DNA from: an uncultured Candidatus Saccharibacteria bacterium
GTDB taxonomy: Bacteria; Patescibacteriota; Saccharimonadia; Saccharimonadales; Saccharimonadaceae
Length of the DNA: 64,000 nucleotides
Direction: 5' to 3'
Assembly: GCA_947305655.1 (NCBI GenBank)
Contig: CAMZEA010000001.1
Span: 62,211 to 126,210, forward strand
Below the pieces are notes generated by a model, which was given only the letters and a program-made list of their open reading frames with translations, was not told the DNA's origin and did no database searches. A program made the position numbers and the translations under genes. Positions 52,827 through 62,159 of the stretch are shown here, piece after piece; within the stretch, counting starts at the first letter, position 1, and each line of letters opens with the position of its first letter.

Positions 52827-55800
52827 TTATTCCTCGTTCTGGTGCCCTGCTATACAGCGTACCGACAAGGCGTACCATTTATTGGTCGTAGAGTGGTTAT
52901 TGCCTAGATAGAGGTCGCCCCAGCGATTAACGACGACGGTTAAGCCTATGGTGCTTTCGCTGAGGGATGGGCCCGGCTTCGAGCTGCCGGTCCAGATTTT
53001 GCCCTGAGAACCGCGAGATGAGCCGGTGTTGTCGACGCTATATGAGCCAGCGAGGACGAAGTTCACTGGGTAGGATAGCCAGTTATTGGTAATATCGAAG
53101 GAGTGGCTGATTTGTCCGTCCCCGCCCATTAGCTGATCGAGTGTGGCGGTTTGCTGATTGTTGCGGCCGGTCGGTATATGCCAGTTTGCCGGGCAAATGT
53201 CTCCGCCGGCGTATGCAGCGCTTCTGCTGCTTGTCCCATGGCCTGCTGTGGCGGTATACCAGTTGTAGTGCCCGCCGTATGCGTACCATGAGGTGACATT
53301 ATCGTTATCGTTGTAACTTGCTGGATTATTTCGGTCGATATCTGCGGTACTGAATGAGATATGGCTTTCGCAGTCGTTGCTGATTTCTTGGCATTCAGCG
53401 ATGGTCTCTGTGGCTTTTCCGTGGAACTTCTGATTGAATTCGTTGATAAAATCCTGGGTTGGGTTGTTCGTATTGGTACTATTAATGGTTAGGCTCGGGC
53501 TGTTTAGATCTAGTCTCAAGTTCTCAATCATCCACCAGTGCCCGTCTGCGAGTTTCGCTACCGCATAGACATTATCGTCGCGTTCATCGCGAAGAGCGAT
53601 AACGGTGTTTTGTGGCGCAGATGCATACGGCTCGTTATTTTCATTGAAGCTTTGCATCGTTACGCTCGTCTCTGCTGATTGCCACTGGGCGTAGAGATAA
53701 ATATCGTCTACGGCTGCGAGAGTAATATATTGGTTTGGGCCATACATCGTGCCGGTGCCGTCAGCTTTTGTATTCCAGCCAATGAAGCCGTTGCCGGCGA
53801 GACTAAAGTTAGGCGCAGTAAGCACCGCGGTATGGTCTGGCGGGCAGATTTGCTGTGCCGGCATCTCGCCCACAGCAGAAGTATTATTCTTCAGGTAGTG
53901 GACGTTCGTACAGTTTTCCTCCCAGAGCGCGTACAAGGTGGTCGTGTCTGCTACATTGAACGATTCGCCGGCGTAGAACATCTCTTCTTCGTAGACGTAG
54001 TTTTGGCCGTAGATCTTGTCTTTATTATTCTCTTCGATCCAGGCGGTGAAGCTGTAGTGTTCGCGGGTTGGCTCTTCGTCTGTGATAGTAAACGAATAGC
54101 TATGGCCAGTTGCGGTTGCGGTTTGCGCCTCTGGCGCATCTTCGCCGCCGTTTGCATCGTAGTTCAAGGTAAAGGTTCTCTCGGTGTTGTTTGTGGCCGA
54201 GTATGGATTGCCCGTAACACAGCGAGCAGAAAGGAGATAAGGGAGCGCTCCGAGTTGTTGCCCCGCGATAAACCCTGCCTGTGACGATTCTACGCCAGGC
54301 TTCATGAGCATTGTTGCGTAGACATTATAACTACTATTGCCGTGGTCATATAGAGCGTCGCTGCCGAGATAGAAGCCGACCAGGCCGCGGTATAGGTAAT
54401 CCGTGCTTTGCCCAAGCATTGAGCCGAATCCTGGGGCATAGATGCCTGCGAACATAAAGTTGTTCGGGTAGCTTGTCCATGTGGCTAGCTGCTCATCCAT
54501 CGTCTGGGTGTCATCTGGGTCGAGGGCGTCTTCGAGATTGCGGTAGTCGCCTCCGTCGTCGCCGCTAGGTACGCGCCAGCCGCTTGGGCAGATTTCATCG
54601 CTATCGTCTTCGTTGTCTGTGCCACGGACGTTGTCTCCCGTGTAAAATCCGCCATAGCCATATAGCGCAGTATCATCGTTGGAGCCGTCGCCGCGGTTTG
54701 TCACGCTACTTATGTCAGAGTCGGCGAGTTCCGTGCGAATATTTTCAATTGTCCAGCAGTTGCCGTCTGCAAGGCGAGCTACTGCGTAAGTCTCGTTATT
54801 GCGTTCGTCTGTGAGGGCCGTAATTTCGCCTTCCGCGAGGTCAGCGCACTTGAATCCAGCCATTTTACCTGCCGATTTAATCCAAATGGCATAGAGCTTG
54901 AGCGAGCCACTATTTGGCATAGTAATGGTTTGGTTTGGACCGTACATTATGCCGGTACCGTCGGCTTTTGTACCCCATCCAGCGAAACCATAGCCTGCTC
55001 TACTGAAGTTTGTAGCGCGGAGCATGACGTCTTCGCCTGCGGTTGCGGCCTGGTCCATCATTGCGCCTTCGGCGTCGCTGCTGTTTGCGTAGTAGCAGAT
55101 GCCGGTACAGTCGCTATATGAGAATATGACGTTGTTCTCTAGCGTGAAACTGTCGTCGAGAGTAGATGCTGCGCCTACGGTGAGGGTAGCAAACGCAATA
55201 GACACTGCGGCGACCGTGATGATAGCGGCAGAGATTTTGTGGTGTTTTTTGTAACAGATAAATACTATGAATGTAGTCAATGATGCGATGAGTATTATGG
55301 CTGCAGTTTTGATGGTCGCTGCGTCAGAATCCGTTTTCGGGTTATTGCCGGCTGGTTCGCTTGCGGCGGGAGTAATTTCCGCTTTGGCCAGAGTAGTGGT
55401 CGGTTTCGGGTCCGGTTCTGGGTCTGGTGCGACGGTGACGGTTTGCGTAGCAGTTTGACCCTCGTCGTTTTCGTAGGTTATTTTGATGGTCGTGTCGAAT
55501 TGTTGCCGCGCAAGAGATGGCGATTCGATTTCGTTGCTATAGATCGCTTTGAAAACGAGGCTGAACGTGCTGCCAGAAGCTATTGTATCTTCGATGTTGC
55601 TGTTGTAATCGTAACTAAGATAGTTATTGCTCGCGCTGATATTTGCGCTAAGGATATGACGGGTTTTTGTGTCGGAATTTTCGAAGGTGAAGGTATATTC
55701 GACGTACTCGCCGACATTGTGGAAGACGATACTATTTGTTGCGGTCGTATCCGAGAAGTCCGAAATTGAAGCCTCGGTTTGAGCGGATTTGTTTGAAATT

Positions 55801-55922
55801 ACCGCGTTTTTTATCTTAAAGACCTGCTCTGCCGCATGTGCGGGGCTAATAATTGCGATTGCACTCAGAACCGCAAAAAAGGCGCCAAAGCATGCACCTA
55901 CAAATATACCTCTCTTTTTCAC
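52827..55922 (-). CDS. 1031-aa cell-surface protein with an internal sortase-type sorting signal, Listeria-Bacteroides repeats and two Fibrobacter-succinogenes-paralogous-type domains
   Basis: GTG start and signal peptide ...ISPAHA/AE. NPKTD + hydrophobic stretch + YKKHHK at aa 194-229, then a second hydrophobic anchor. Three F.GW...G.MYGPNQ...LYA.W repeats. Two copies of YAVA.LADG.W..EN...YGG.Y...CP..W..P. Confidence 0.85.
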   Translation of the reverse strand: MKKRGIFVGACFGAFFAVLSAIAIISPAHAAEQVFKIKNAVISNKSAQTEASISDFSDTTATNSIVFHNVGEYVEYTFTFENSDTKTRHILSANISASNNYLSYDYNSNIEDTIASGSTFSLVFKAIYSNEIESPSLARQQFDTTIKITYENDEGQTATQTVTVAPDPEPDPKPTTTLAKAEITPAASEPAGNNPKTDSDAATIKTAAIILIASLTTFIVFICYKKHHKISAAIITVAAVSIAFATLTVGAASTLDDSFTLENNVIFSYSDCTGICYYANSSDAEGAMMDQAATAGEDVMLRATNFSRAGYGFAGWGTKADGTGIMYGPNQTITMPNSGSLKLYAIWIKSAGKMAGFKCADLAEGEITALTDERNNETYAVARLADGNCWTIENIRTELADSDISSVTNRGDGSNDDTALYGYGGFYTGDNVRGTDNEDDSDEICPSGWRVPSGDDGGDYRNLEDALDPDDTQTMDEQLATWTSYPNNFMFAGIYAPGFGSMLGQSTDYLYRGLVGFYLGSDALYDHGNSSYNVYATMLMKPGVESSQAGFIAGQQLGALPYLLSARCVTGNPYSATNNTERTFTLNYDANGGEDAPEAQTATATGHSYSFTITDEEPTREHYSFTAWIEENNKDKIYGQNYVYEEEMFYAGESFNVADTTTLYALWEENCTNVHYLKNNTSAVGEMPAQQICPPDHTAVLTAPNFSLAGNGFIGWNTKADGTGTMYGPNQYITLAAVDDIYLYAQWQSAETSVTMQSFNENNEPYASAPQNTVIALRDERDDNVYAVAKLADGHWWMIENLRLDLNSPSLTINSTNTNNPTQDFINEFNQKFHGKATETIAECQEISNDCESHISFSTADIDRNNPASYNDNDNVTSWYAYGGHYNWYTATAGHGTSSRSAAYAGGDICPANWHIPTGRNNQQTATLDQLMGGDGQISHSFDITNNWLSYPVNFVLAGSYSVDNTGSSRGSQGKIWTGSSKPGPSLSESTIGLTVVVNRWGDLYLGNNHSTTNKWYALSVRCIAGHQNEE

Positions 55923-56006
55923 AATTTTGACCCGTTATTGTTTGTCTATATATCTATTAAAGCATAATCGTTATCTGGAGTAAATAGATATTTAAGGTTT
56001 TTCATA

Positions 56007-56032
56007 GAAAAAGCCCGAGTGTTAACTCGGGC
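56007..56032 (-). terminator. Intrinsic terminator after tRNA-Tyr
   Basis: Minus-sense GCCCGAGT-taac-ACTCGGGC followed by TTTTTC. Confidence 0.75.
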
Positions 56033-56040
56033 GTTTTCGA

Positions 56041-56126
56041 TGGTGCTGGGAGTAGGAGTCGAACCTACGAAGGCCGAAGCCGGCAGATTTACAGTCTGAT
56101 GCGTTTGACCACTTCGCTATCCCAGC
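56041..56126 (-). tRNA. tRNA-Tyr (anticodon GUA), long variable arm, CCA encoded
   Basis: Sense GCTGGGA...CAGA-CT-GTA-AA-TCTG...GGTTCGACTCC...TCCCAGC-A-CCA. Own promoter TTGATA-N17-TGCTAAAAT at about 56140-56170. Confidence 0.9.
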
Positions 56127-56172
56127 AAAGTACTAAACTATTTTAGCACAAGCTGGGGTTGTTATCAAGAAA

Positions 56173-59100
56173 TTATTGTCCGTAGCCTTCGAGCATAGCT
56201 GCGCGGAAGTCTTCAATTAGTTGTTGGTCCGCGGTTTCGTCTGTTGACCCTTGATAGAACCAGTCGAGTACCGCGGAGTTGTCGCGGAGCCCCATGCCAT
56301 TCGTCTCGTCTAGCATCCAGACATATTTCCTGGTCGTATTGTATGTGCTGGTCTTGGTCGTGTGATCATAGTATCTATTTCTATCTGGCCTGCCGCTGAA
56401 TGTTGATAGCTCGTATTCGCGATCTTTTGTTTCGTTATCGACACCGAGTATGGCCTCGACGAGGTAGGCGATAGTGCCTGTGCGGTCTGATCCTTGCGTG
56501 CAGTGGAAGTAGACGTTTTTATTGTTAATTACTGCTTGCATGAGTGTTATGAGAGAATCGCGTGTCCATTCATAGTTGTATTTTGATTGGGTTTTAGCTG
56601 AAGAATCATTATATTTGAAGTTGTAATGAATGGTCATTTTTCTAATATATTCTGGCATCTGTACCGTAGCGTCACTTTCGCGGAGGTCGAGTTCTGTTGT
56701 AACTCCTAGTTTTTCTAGAGCACTAATATCGTTTTGCGCGATGGCTTCCCCGCGTATTAGTCGTCCGTACTTAACTTTGTGCCCATCGATACCGGTTAAG
56801 CCGCCGAGGTCTCTGACGTTTCTTGCTGCCGGCAAAGTGATGACGCGAGTTTCGCCCGTCGCTTTGACATATCCGTAGACTGTTGGGTCGGTTGCTGATT
56901 CCCATTTATATAACGTGCCCGGAATCATGTTCGTAATTTTGCCGTTATCGGTAGTTACGTAGTCGGCAAGGCCTTTTATCGTTTTGTCTTCGTTGACTAT
57001 GTAAACGTTTATATTGCCACTCGTTTTAGTATCATATGCCTCTTGGCGATCGCAGTAGTTCACGCCGGTGTTGTTTTTGTCATAACGATATTCGTAGTAT
57101 TCTCCAGTTGTTTGATTCCAGTCTGGCGAGAGGTCTGGGCTACTGTTCATCTTACACTGGTGGCTTTCGCTATCGAAATTGTCGCGTAGATTGTTCCAAA
57201 GGGCTGTCTTACTAGTATTCCAGCTATCGATGTTTTGGTAGTAGCTTTGAATAGCGTCGCTCATTACGTTATGCTCTACGATTTCTTCAGGATCCTTTGG
57301 CTCTTCTGCTTCGAGCTTTATGTACATGTTGGACATCGTTACCGTTATAAAGCGTTTCGGGGCCATATCTGTCTTATTTGGATATGCGCCAAACCATGTA
57401 GTTAAATCGAATGTTGGACTCGTGCGTCTGTCGAGTTCTATGCGTTCTGTGCCGTTAATAGAATAGTATAGCACCCCGTCTTCCCTTATTAGCTTTATGC
57501 TTGTTGTCGTCGAGATGGCGGGAGCTGGATTTGCGCTTCTCGCCGAACCTGTTCCGTCTACGTTCGAATTTATCGTGATCGATGATGATGATCTGCGAAT
57601 AATTATGCCGGGAGCTTTACCAGTCGGATCTTTTTCGCTCATGAATGTTTGTTGGTTATCATTCCAATTGCTTGCTTCTTGGACGTAGTCTTTAATTTCA
57701 AAATAAATCTCATAGTCTTTGTTTATGTTCGTAGTATTATAGAGAGCTATTCCGGTATCAATAAATTCTTTACCCGTAACGGCTGTCGTATAATTGCAAG
57801 TATTGCCTGAGACGTTCCCGTGATAGACGCCATCCGCCTTTGACGAAGCGAAAATACAATCGCCCGGATTTTGCCAGACAATTGGCATCGTATTGAATGT
57901 CCAGTGTGCATAGAGTACAGCATCGCCAGTGACTACGTAAGGCCATTCGATTTTTGTACCATTTTCCGCCTCCGTGAACCAGCCATCGAATATGTAGCCG
58001 TCACGGGTGACCTCTGGGGAATCGCTTTCTTGGAGTGTTTCGTCAACTCTTTTGTTATATGTTATATTGGACTCGTTGTTTTGTGGAACAAAGGTTAGAG
58101 TGGCGTTTACGTAGATTTCGACTGCGACGCCTACGACTTTGTTTGATTGTTTACCTACAATGTTTACCGTTGTAGTTCCCTTTGCGATTGCCGTTACAAC
58201 TCCATCTCCGTTGATAGTCGCAATATCTTCGTTGCCCGTAGCGAACTCGAACTGTTCAATTTCGCTTTCGTTTTCGATTGTAATCTGGTTAGTTTCCCCA
58301 ACTTCTAACGATAAGCTAGCTGGTGAAATTGCCGCCTGCGAGACGTCTTTCTTCCAATGTGCATGATACGTGACCTCGCCCATAATTGGCGTAGATGTGG
58401 TTAGTTCTTCGCCCCCAGTCTCTGTAGTAAACCAGCCTTCAAATACGTGGTTTTCGAGTGTTGTAGCTGGGAGGACGGAGATAGTGCTCCCCTCGGTGAC
58501 GCCAGTAATGTCCGCTACATCACTACCGCCATGTGCATTAAAGTGGACGATATACTTCGGCAATGCGACGCTAACGTTTAGCGTTGCTTCAAGCGTCGAG
58601 CGTGAACCTACGAGAGTAATTGTTGTGCTGCCGGCTGCTACGGTTGTAATATTACCGTTTTCGTCGACAGTGACGATATTGGTATTATCGCTGCGGTACG
58701 TGAATGGCTCAAGTTCGTTTGCGTTTGTTACGTTGACTTGTGCCGATTCGCCGCGCGTGATCGAAATATTAGATACGATAGCATTCGTGATGTCCATCGT
58801 CCAGTGGGCCTCGACGTTAGTGTCGTCCGTAATAGGTGTGCTGGTCGTGAACTCCGTATCGCTGTTTTCTAGGAACCAGCCATCAAAGACGTAGCCCGTG
58901 CGAGTCGGATCGGCAGGAAGCGTTCCAATTGAGCTTCCTTCTTCGACATCGGTAATGTCGGCGATTTCGTTTCCGCCCTTGGTGTCGAAGTGAACGGTGT
59001 ATCTTGGGAGAGTTACCGTGACTGGGATTTCGAAGATTTCGCCAGAGCGGCTGCCGGTGAGTACGATTTTCGCTTGGCCATTAGATACTGCAGTAACCTT

Positions 59101-62064
59101 GCCGTCTTGGTCTATCGTGGCGATTTGGTCGTTGCTAGACGACATAGTGAATGGCTCGATATTGTTCTTGTTGGTTATAGTTAGATATGCTTCGTCTCCG
59201 CGAGTAAGTTCGAAGGAGCTTGGCGATGCAATAGCCTGCTGAACGTTACGTGCCCATTTTGCGATGATCTTAACATCTTCGGTAGGCGTGTAGCCGTCTG
59301 AGATTTGCGTATTTCCAATGAACCAGCCATCGAAAATATACTTTTTGCGTGTCGTAACCGGGAGCGTCTCGATTGAGGTACCCTTTTCGATTTGCATTTT
59401 CTTATAGGAGTTGTCTAGGGTGCCCGATTTCGCATCAAACTCGACTTGGTAGTAATTCCAATCCATCTCGCCAAGGCGAATCGATAGATTGCTCAGTGTA
59501 CCGACTAGAACATTCTTTGGTTCTGGGTCTTCGGTGCCATCATTTGGATAAGCGCCAAACCATGTGGTCTGGTTGAAGTATTGATTGAAGTCGCTGACAT
59601 CCTGGAGCTCGAATAGGTTGCCGCCGTTTATCGAGATATAGACGATTCTATTGTGGCGAACGATTTTAATAGTTTGGAACTCGGTGTATGGCTTAATGTA
59701 GTTTGCCTCAAGGTAGCCAGAGCCCGTTTCGTTTAGGAGCGCCGAGCGAATGTCGATATTGTTTCCGCTCTTGCGAACAACGACGCCTGGCGATTTTGCT
59801 TGAGGAAGTGGGCTAGGTGGATTTGGGAGTTGCGATGTAGGATGCGTCGTGCTGATTTTGTTGCTAACAAAAGTTGCTTGCGCCTCAACTTGATTTGGTG
59901 AGTAGCTGTCGATATTGAAGGAGATTTCATAATCTTTATCAAAGTTTTCTGAAGTGTTGAGGGAGATTCCGGTGTCTACGAATGTCTGGCCCACAAAGTT
60001 AGTATCGCCAAATTGGCAGGTGCTGCTCGTTGTGATTGTGCCGTCTTTGCCGTTGAATATACAGTCGCCCTCGACGCTGAAAACTACTGGGAATTTGTCT
60101 TCCCATACGGCGTATAGGGTTACGGTGCCGCTGGTTGCAAGATTGATTACTTCTTCGCCATCGCTATATTCTTTTGTCGTTGCATTTGGATTTGTCGACC
60201 AGCCCTTGAAGTTGTAGCTTGCGCGCTGGAATTGGTTAGCGCTTAGATCGGCAACTTGATCGTAGGTCATGTCCTGCGGGTTCATTGAGCCGGTCGCATC
60301 GTCGGCGTTTTTATCGAATGCGATAGTGTATTTTCTTGCGGTCCACTGCGCGTATAAATGATACTCTCCGCCATCTACGCTCGTGAGATTTTGGACCTCT
60401 TCTTTATCTCCATAGCCAGTGCCGGAATCATTTGGATTTACGCTCCAGTGATCAAAGTCGTAGCCTGGGCGCGAGAAACTGTTCTCCGCAAGTGAGGTTG
60501 GTGTTTGATCGTATGTGAAACTCTGAGAAGCCGTAGCGCTGCTATTTAGGTAGTTGGCATGGAAGATGACCGCATATGTGTTTGCGCGATAGTTCGCGCC
60601 GATTGTGGCGTCTTCTGCGCCTATCGTGAAGCTTCGCGAGGCGTCAGTAACGCCGTCGGTCCAGTCGACGAAGGTATAGCCGGTTTTGCTATCGGCCGTT
60701 AGTGCGCCGGATTGCTCGAAGTAGTATTTTTGACCACTTATAAAGTCATCGCTTGAAATGGAGCCGGCATTTTCGCCAAATGTGACGGTGTACTGGTTGC
60801 GCACGTAGTAATACTCGATGAGCATTTCGCCGTCGCCTGTGATTTTCTTGCTCTGTGCAGCAGGGGCCGTGAAGCCGGTATATGTCTTGCGATCTGGCGT
60901 AGCAATGGTGTCGGTCGTGCCGGTTTCATTGTCGGTTTCAGCTAGGGTGTAATGGTCGCCGCCGCCGATATTCTGTTTGTAGTGCTTGACGGTATATGCG
61001 GTGTTCGTATTTGCGGTCCAGAAGGCATAGAGCGTAATTTCGCCTTCGGTGCGAAGATTGATGACGGATTCTTCATCGGTGTAGCTGTTGCCAGAGTCAT
61101 TGCTTTCGGTGTTCCAGTGATTGAAAGTATATCCTTCGAGGACGAAGCTGTTTTTGCTGAGTGGTTTCGCCTGGTCGTAAGTCATGGTTTGCGCACTCAT
61201 GCTACCAGCAGCGACGGAGCTATTCTTGTCGAAGATAATTTGATAAGTGTTCGCCTCGTAAATAGGCTTGATTGTCGTCGTTTCGGTTAACTCGATTGTG
61301 ATTGGATTAGCGGTTGCGTCGTTACTCCAACGGTCGAATACGTAGCCTACGCGGTCGTTTGCGGTCAATGTAATCTTAGTGCCATATTTGTATTCGCCGG
61401 TAGGGAGAGAAGATGTGGTATTCTCGATATCGCCGAGAGCGAATGCGATCTTTTCGCGGTCATAATCGTAGATAATCTCGGTGCTGCCATCTTCGGCAAC
61501 GGTTGTGGTTTTGGCGGCAGGCGCAACAAAGCCAGTATAGGCCTTCGTCGATGGCGTGACGCTATTCCCGACCACTCCGGTTTGTGTTTCAGATTCAACT
61601 ATAGAGTAATCGTCGTTTTCGAGGTTTTGCTGACGGTGAATGACGGTATATTTTGCGGTTACTTCCGGTTCGGAAGGAGCATCAGGCTCGTCTGGAGTGG
61701 ATGGAGTTTGGTTGTCTGACGGCTTTGTGCTTGGAGTGACGTTAGACGGCGCAACTGGCTCTACGGGGTTTTCGTCCGGTTCCGGAACCGGTTCTGGCTC
61801 CGGGTCGACATGCGGAATTGGATCGACTGGCTGTGGTTCTGGCGTTTCTCCTGGATTAATCGTGATATGGATCGGCGTGATAATAAGTAGCGGCACGAGA
61901 ACAAGTGTTGAAATAAAAGACGTAATGAAGGCAAGAGATTTTTTGGTTTTAATTTGGCGAATAAGGAAAGCAATTGAAATTATAACCAATAAAATGGCTG
62001 CTATCCAACGAAGTATACCCGACGCATTTGATGCGTCAACAAAGGTATAGTACTCTGTTTTCAC
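56173..62064 (-). CDS. 1963-aa membrane-anchored giant surface protein with a C-terminal CX5R tyrosine-phosphatase-like domain
   Basis: GTG start with AGGAGG SD and TGTATAAT -10. Two N-terminal TMs and a P/E-rich spacer. Two MucBP-like modules, nine Listeria-Bacteroides-type repeats, three Big_2-like modules and two LamG/ConA-like modules. C-terminal NVRDLGG...VYFHCTQGSDRTGT. Confidence 0.9.
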   Translation of the reverse strand: MKTEYYTFVDASNASGILRWIAAILLVIISIAFLIRQIKTKKSLAFITSFISTLVLVPLLIITPIHITINPGETPEPQPVDPIPHVDPEPEPVPEPDENPVEPVAPSNVTPSTKPSDNQTPSTPDEPDAPSEPEVTAKYTVIHRQQNLENDDYSIVESETQTGVVGNSVTPSTKAYTGFVAPAAKTTTVAEDGSTEIIYDYDREKIAFALGDIENTTSSLPTGEYKYGTKITLTANDRVGYVFDRWSNDATANPITIELTETTTIKPIYEANTYQIIFDKNSSVAAGSMSAQTMTYDQAKPLSKNSFVLEGYTFNHWNTESNDSGNSYTDEESVINLRTEGEITLYAFWTANTNTAYTVKHYKQNIGGGDHYTLAETDNETGTTDTIATPDRKTYTGFTAPAAQSKKITGDGEMLIEYYYVRNQYTVTFGENAGSISSDDFISGQKYYFEQSGALTADSKTGYTFVDWTDGVTDASRSFTIGAEDATIGANYRANTYAVIFHANYLNSSATASQSFTYDQTPTSLAENSFSRPGYDFDHWSVNPNDSGTGYGDKEEVQNLTSVDGGEYHLYAQWTARKYTIAFDKNADDATGSMNPQDMTYDQVADLSANQFQRASYNFKGWSTNPNATTKEYSDGEEVINLATSGTVTLYAVWEDKFPVVFSVEGDCIFNGKDGTITTSSTCQFGDTNFVGQTFVDTGISLNTSENFDKDYEISFNIDSYSPNQVEAQATFVSNKISTTHPTSQLPNPPSPLPQAKSPGVVVRKSGNNIDIRSALLNETGSGYLEANYIKPYTEFQTIKIVRHNRIVYISINGGNLFELQDVSDFNQYFNQTTWFGAYPNDGTEDPEPKNVLVGTLSNLSIRLGEMDWNYYQVEFDAKSGTLDNSYKKMQIEKGTSIETLPVTTRKKYIFDGWFIGNTQISDGYTPTEDVKIIAKWARNVQQAIASPSSFELTRGDEAYLTITNKNNIEPFTMSSSNDQIATIDQDGKVTAVSNGQAKIVLTGSRSGEIFEIPVTVTLPRYTVHFDTKGGNEIADITDVEEGSSIGTLPADPTRTGYVFDGWFLENSDTEFTTSTPITDDTNVEAHWTMDITNAIVSNISITRGESAQVNVTNANELEPFTYRSDNTNIVTVDENGNITTVAAGSTTITLVGSRSTLEATLNVSVALPKYIVHFNAHGGSDVADITGVTEGSTISVLPATTLENHVFEGWFTTETGGEELTTSTPIMGEVTYHAHWKKDVSQAAISPASLSLEVGETNQITIENESEIEQFEFATGNEDIATINGDGVVTAIAKGTTTVNIVGKQSNKVVGVAVEIYVNATLTFVPQNNESNITYNKRVDETLQESDSPEVTRDGYIFDGWFTEAENGTKIEWPYVVTGDAVLYAHWTFNTMPIVWQNPGDCIFASSKADGVYHGNVSGNTCNYTTAVTGKEFIDTGIALYNTTNINKDYEIYFEIKDYVQEASNWNDNQQTFMSEKDPTGKAPGIIIRRSSSSITINSNVDGTGSARSANPAPAISTTTSIKLIREDGVLYYSINGTERIELDRRTSPTFDLTTWFGAYPNKTDMAPKRFITVTMSNMYIKLEAEEPKDPEEIVEHNVMSDAIQSYYQNIDSWNTSKTALWNNLRDNFDSESHQCKMNSSPDLSPDWNQTTGEYYEYRYDKNNTGVNYCDRQEAYDTKTSGNINVYIVNEDKTIKGLADYVTTDNGKITNMIPGTLYKWESATDPTVYGYVKATGETRVITLPAARNVRDLGGLTGIDGHKVKYGRLIRGEAIAQNDISALEKLGVTTELDLRESDATVQMPEYIRKMTIHYNFKYNDSSAKTQSKYNYEWTRDSLITLMQAVINNKNVYFHCTQGSDRTGTIAYLVEAILGVDNETKDREYELSTFSGRPDRNRYYDHTTKTSTYNTTRKYVWMLDETNGMGLRDNSAVLDWFYQGSTDETADQQLIEDFRAAMLEGYGQ

Positions 62065-62116
62065 TTAACCTCCTAATTCTTCTTTTATTATACATTAGCG
62101 CATTGGCGCAATGCAA

Positions 62117-62145
62117 CAAAAAAGCGCAAATGAATTTGCGTTTTT
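62117..62145 (-). terminator. Intrinsic terminator after tRNA-Thr (symmetrical A/T tracts)
   Basis: AAAAAAGCGCAAA-tgaa-TTTGCGTTTTT. Confidence 0.7.
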
Positions 62146-62159
62146 CGTTCTTCCTCGGA

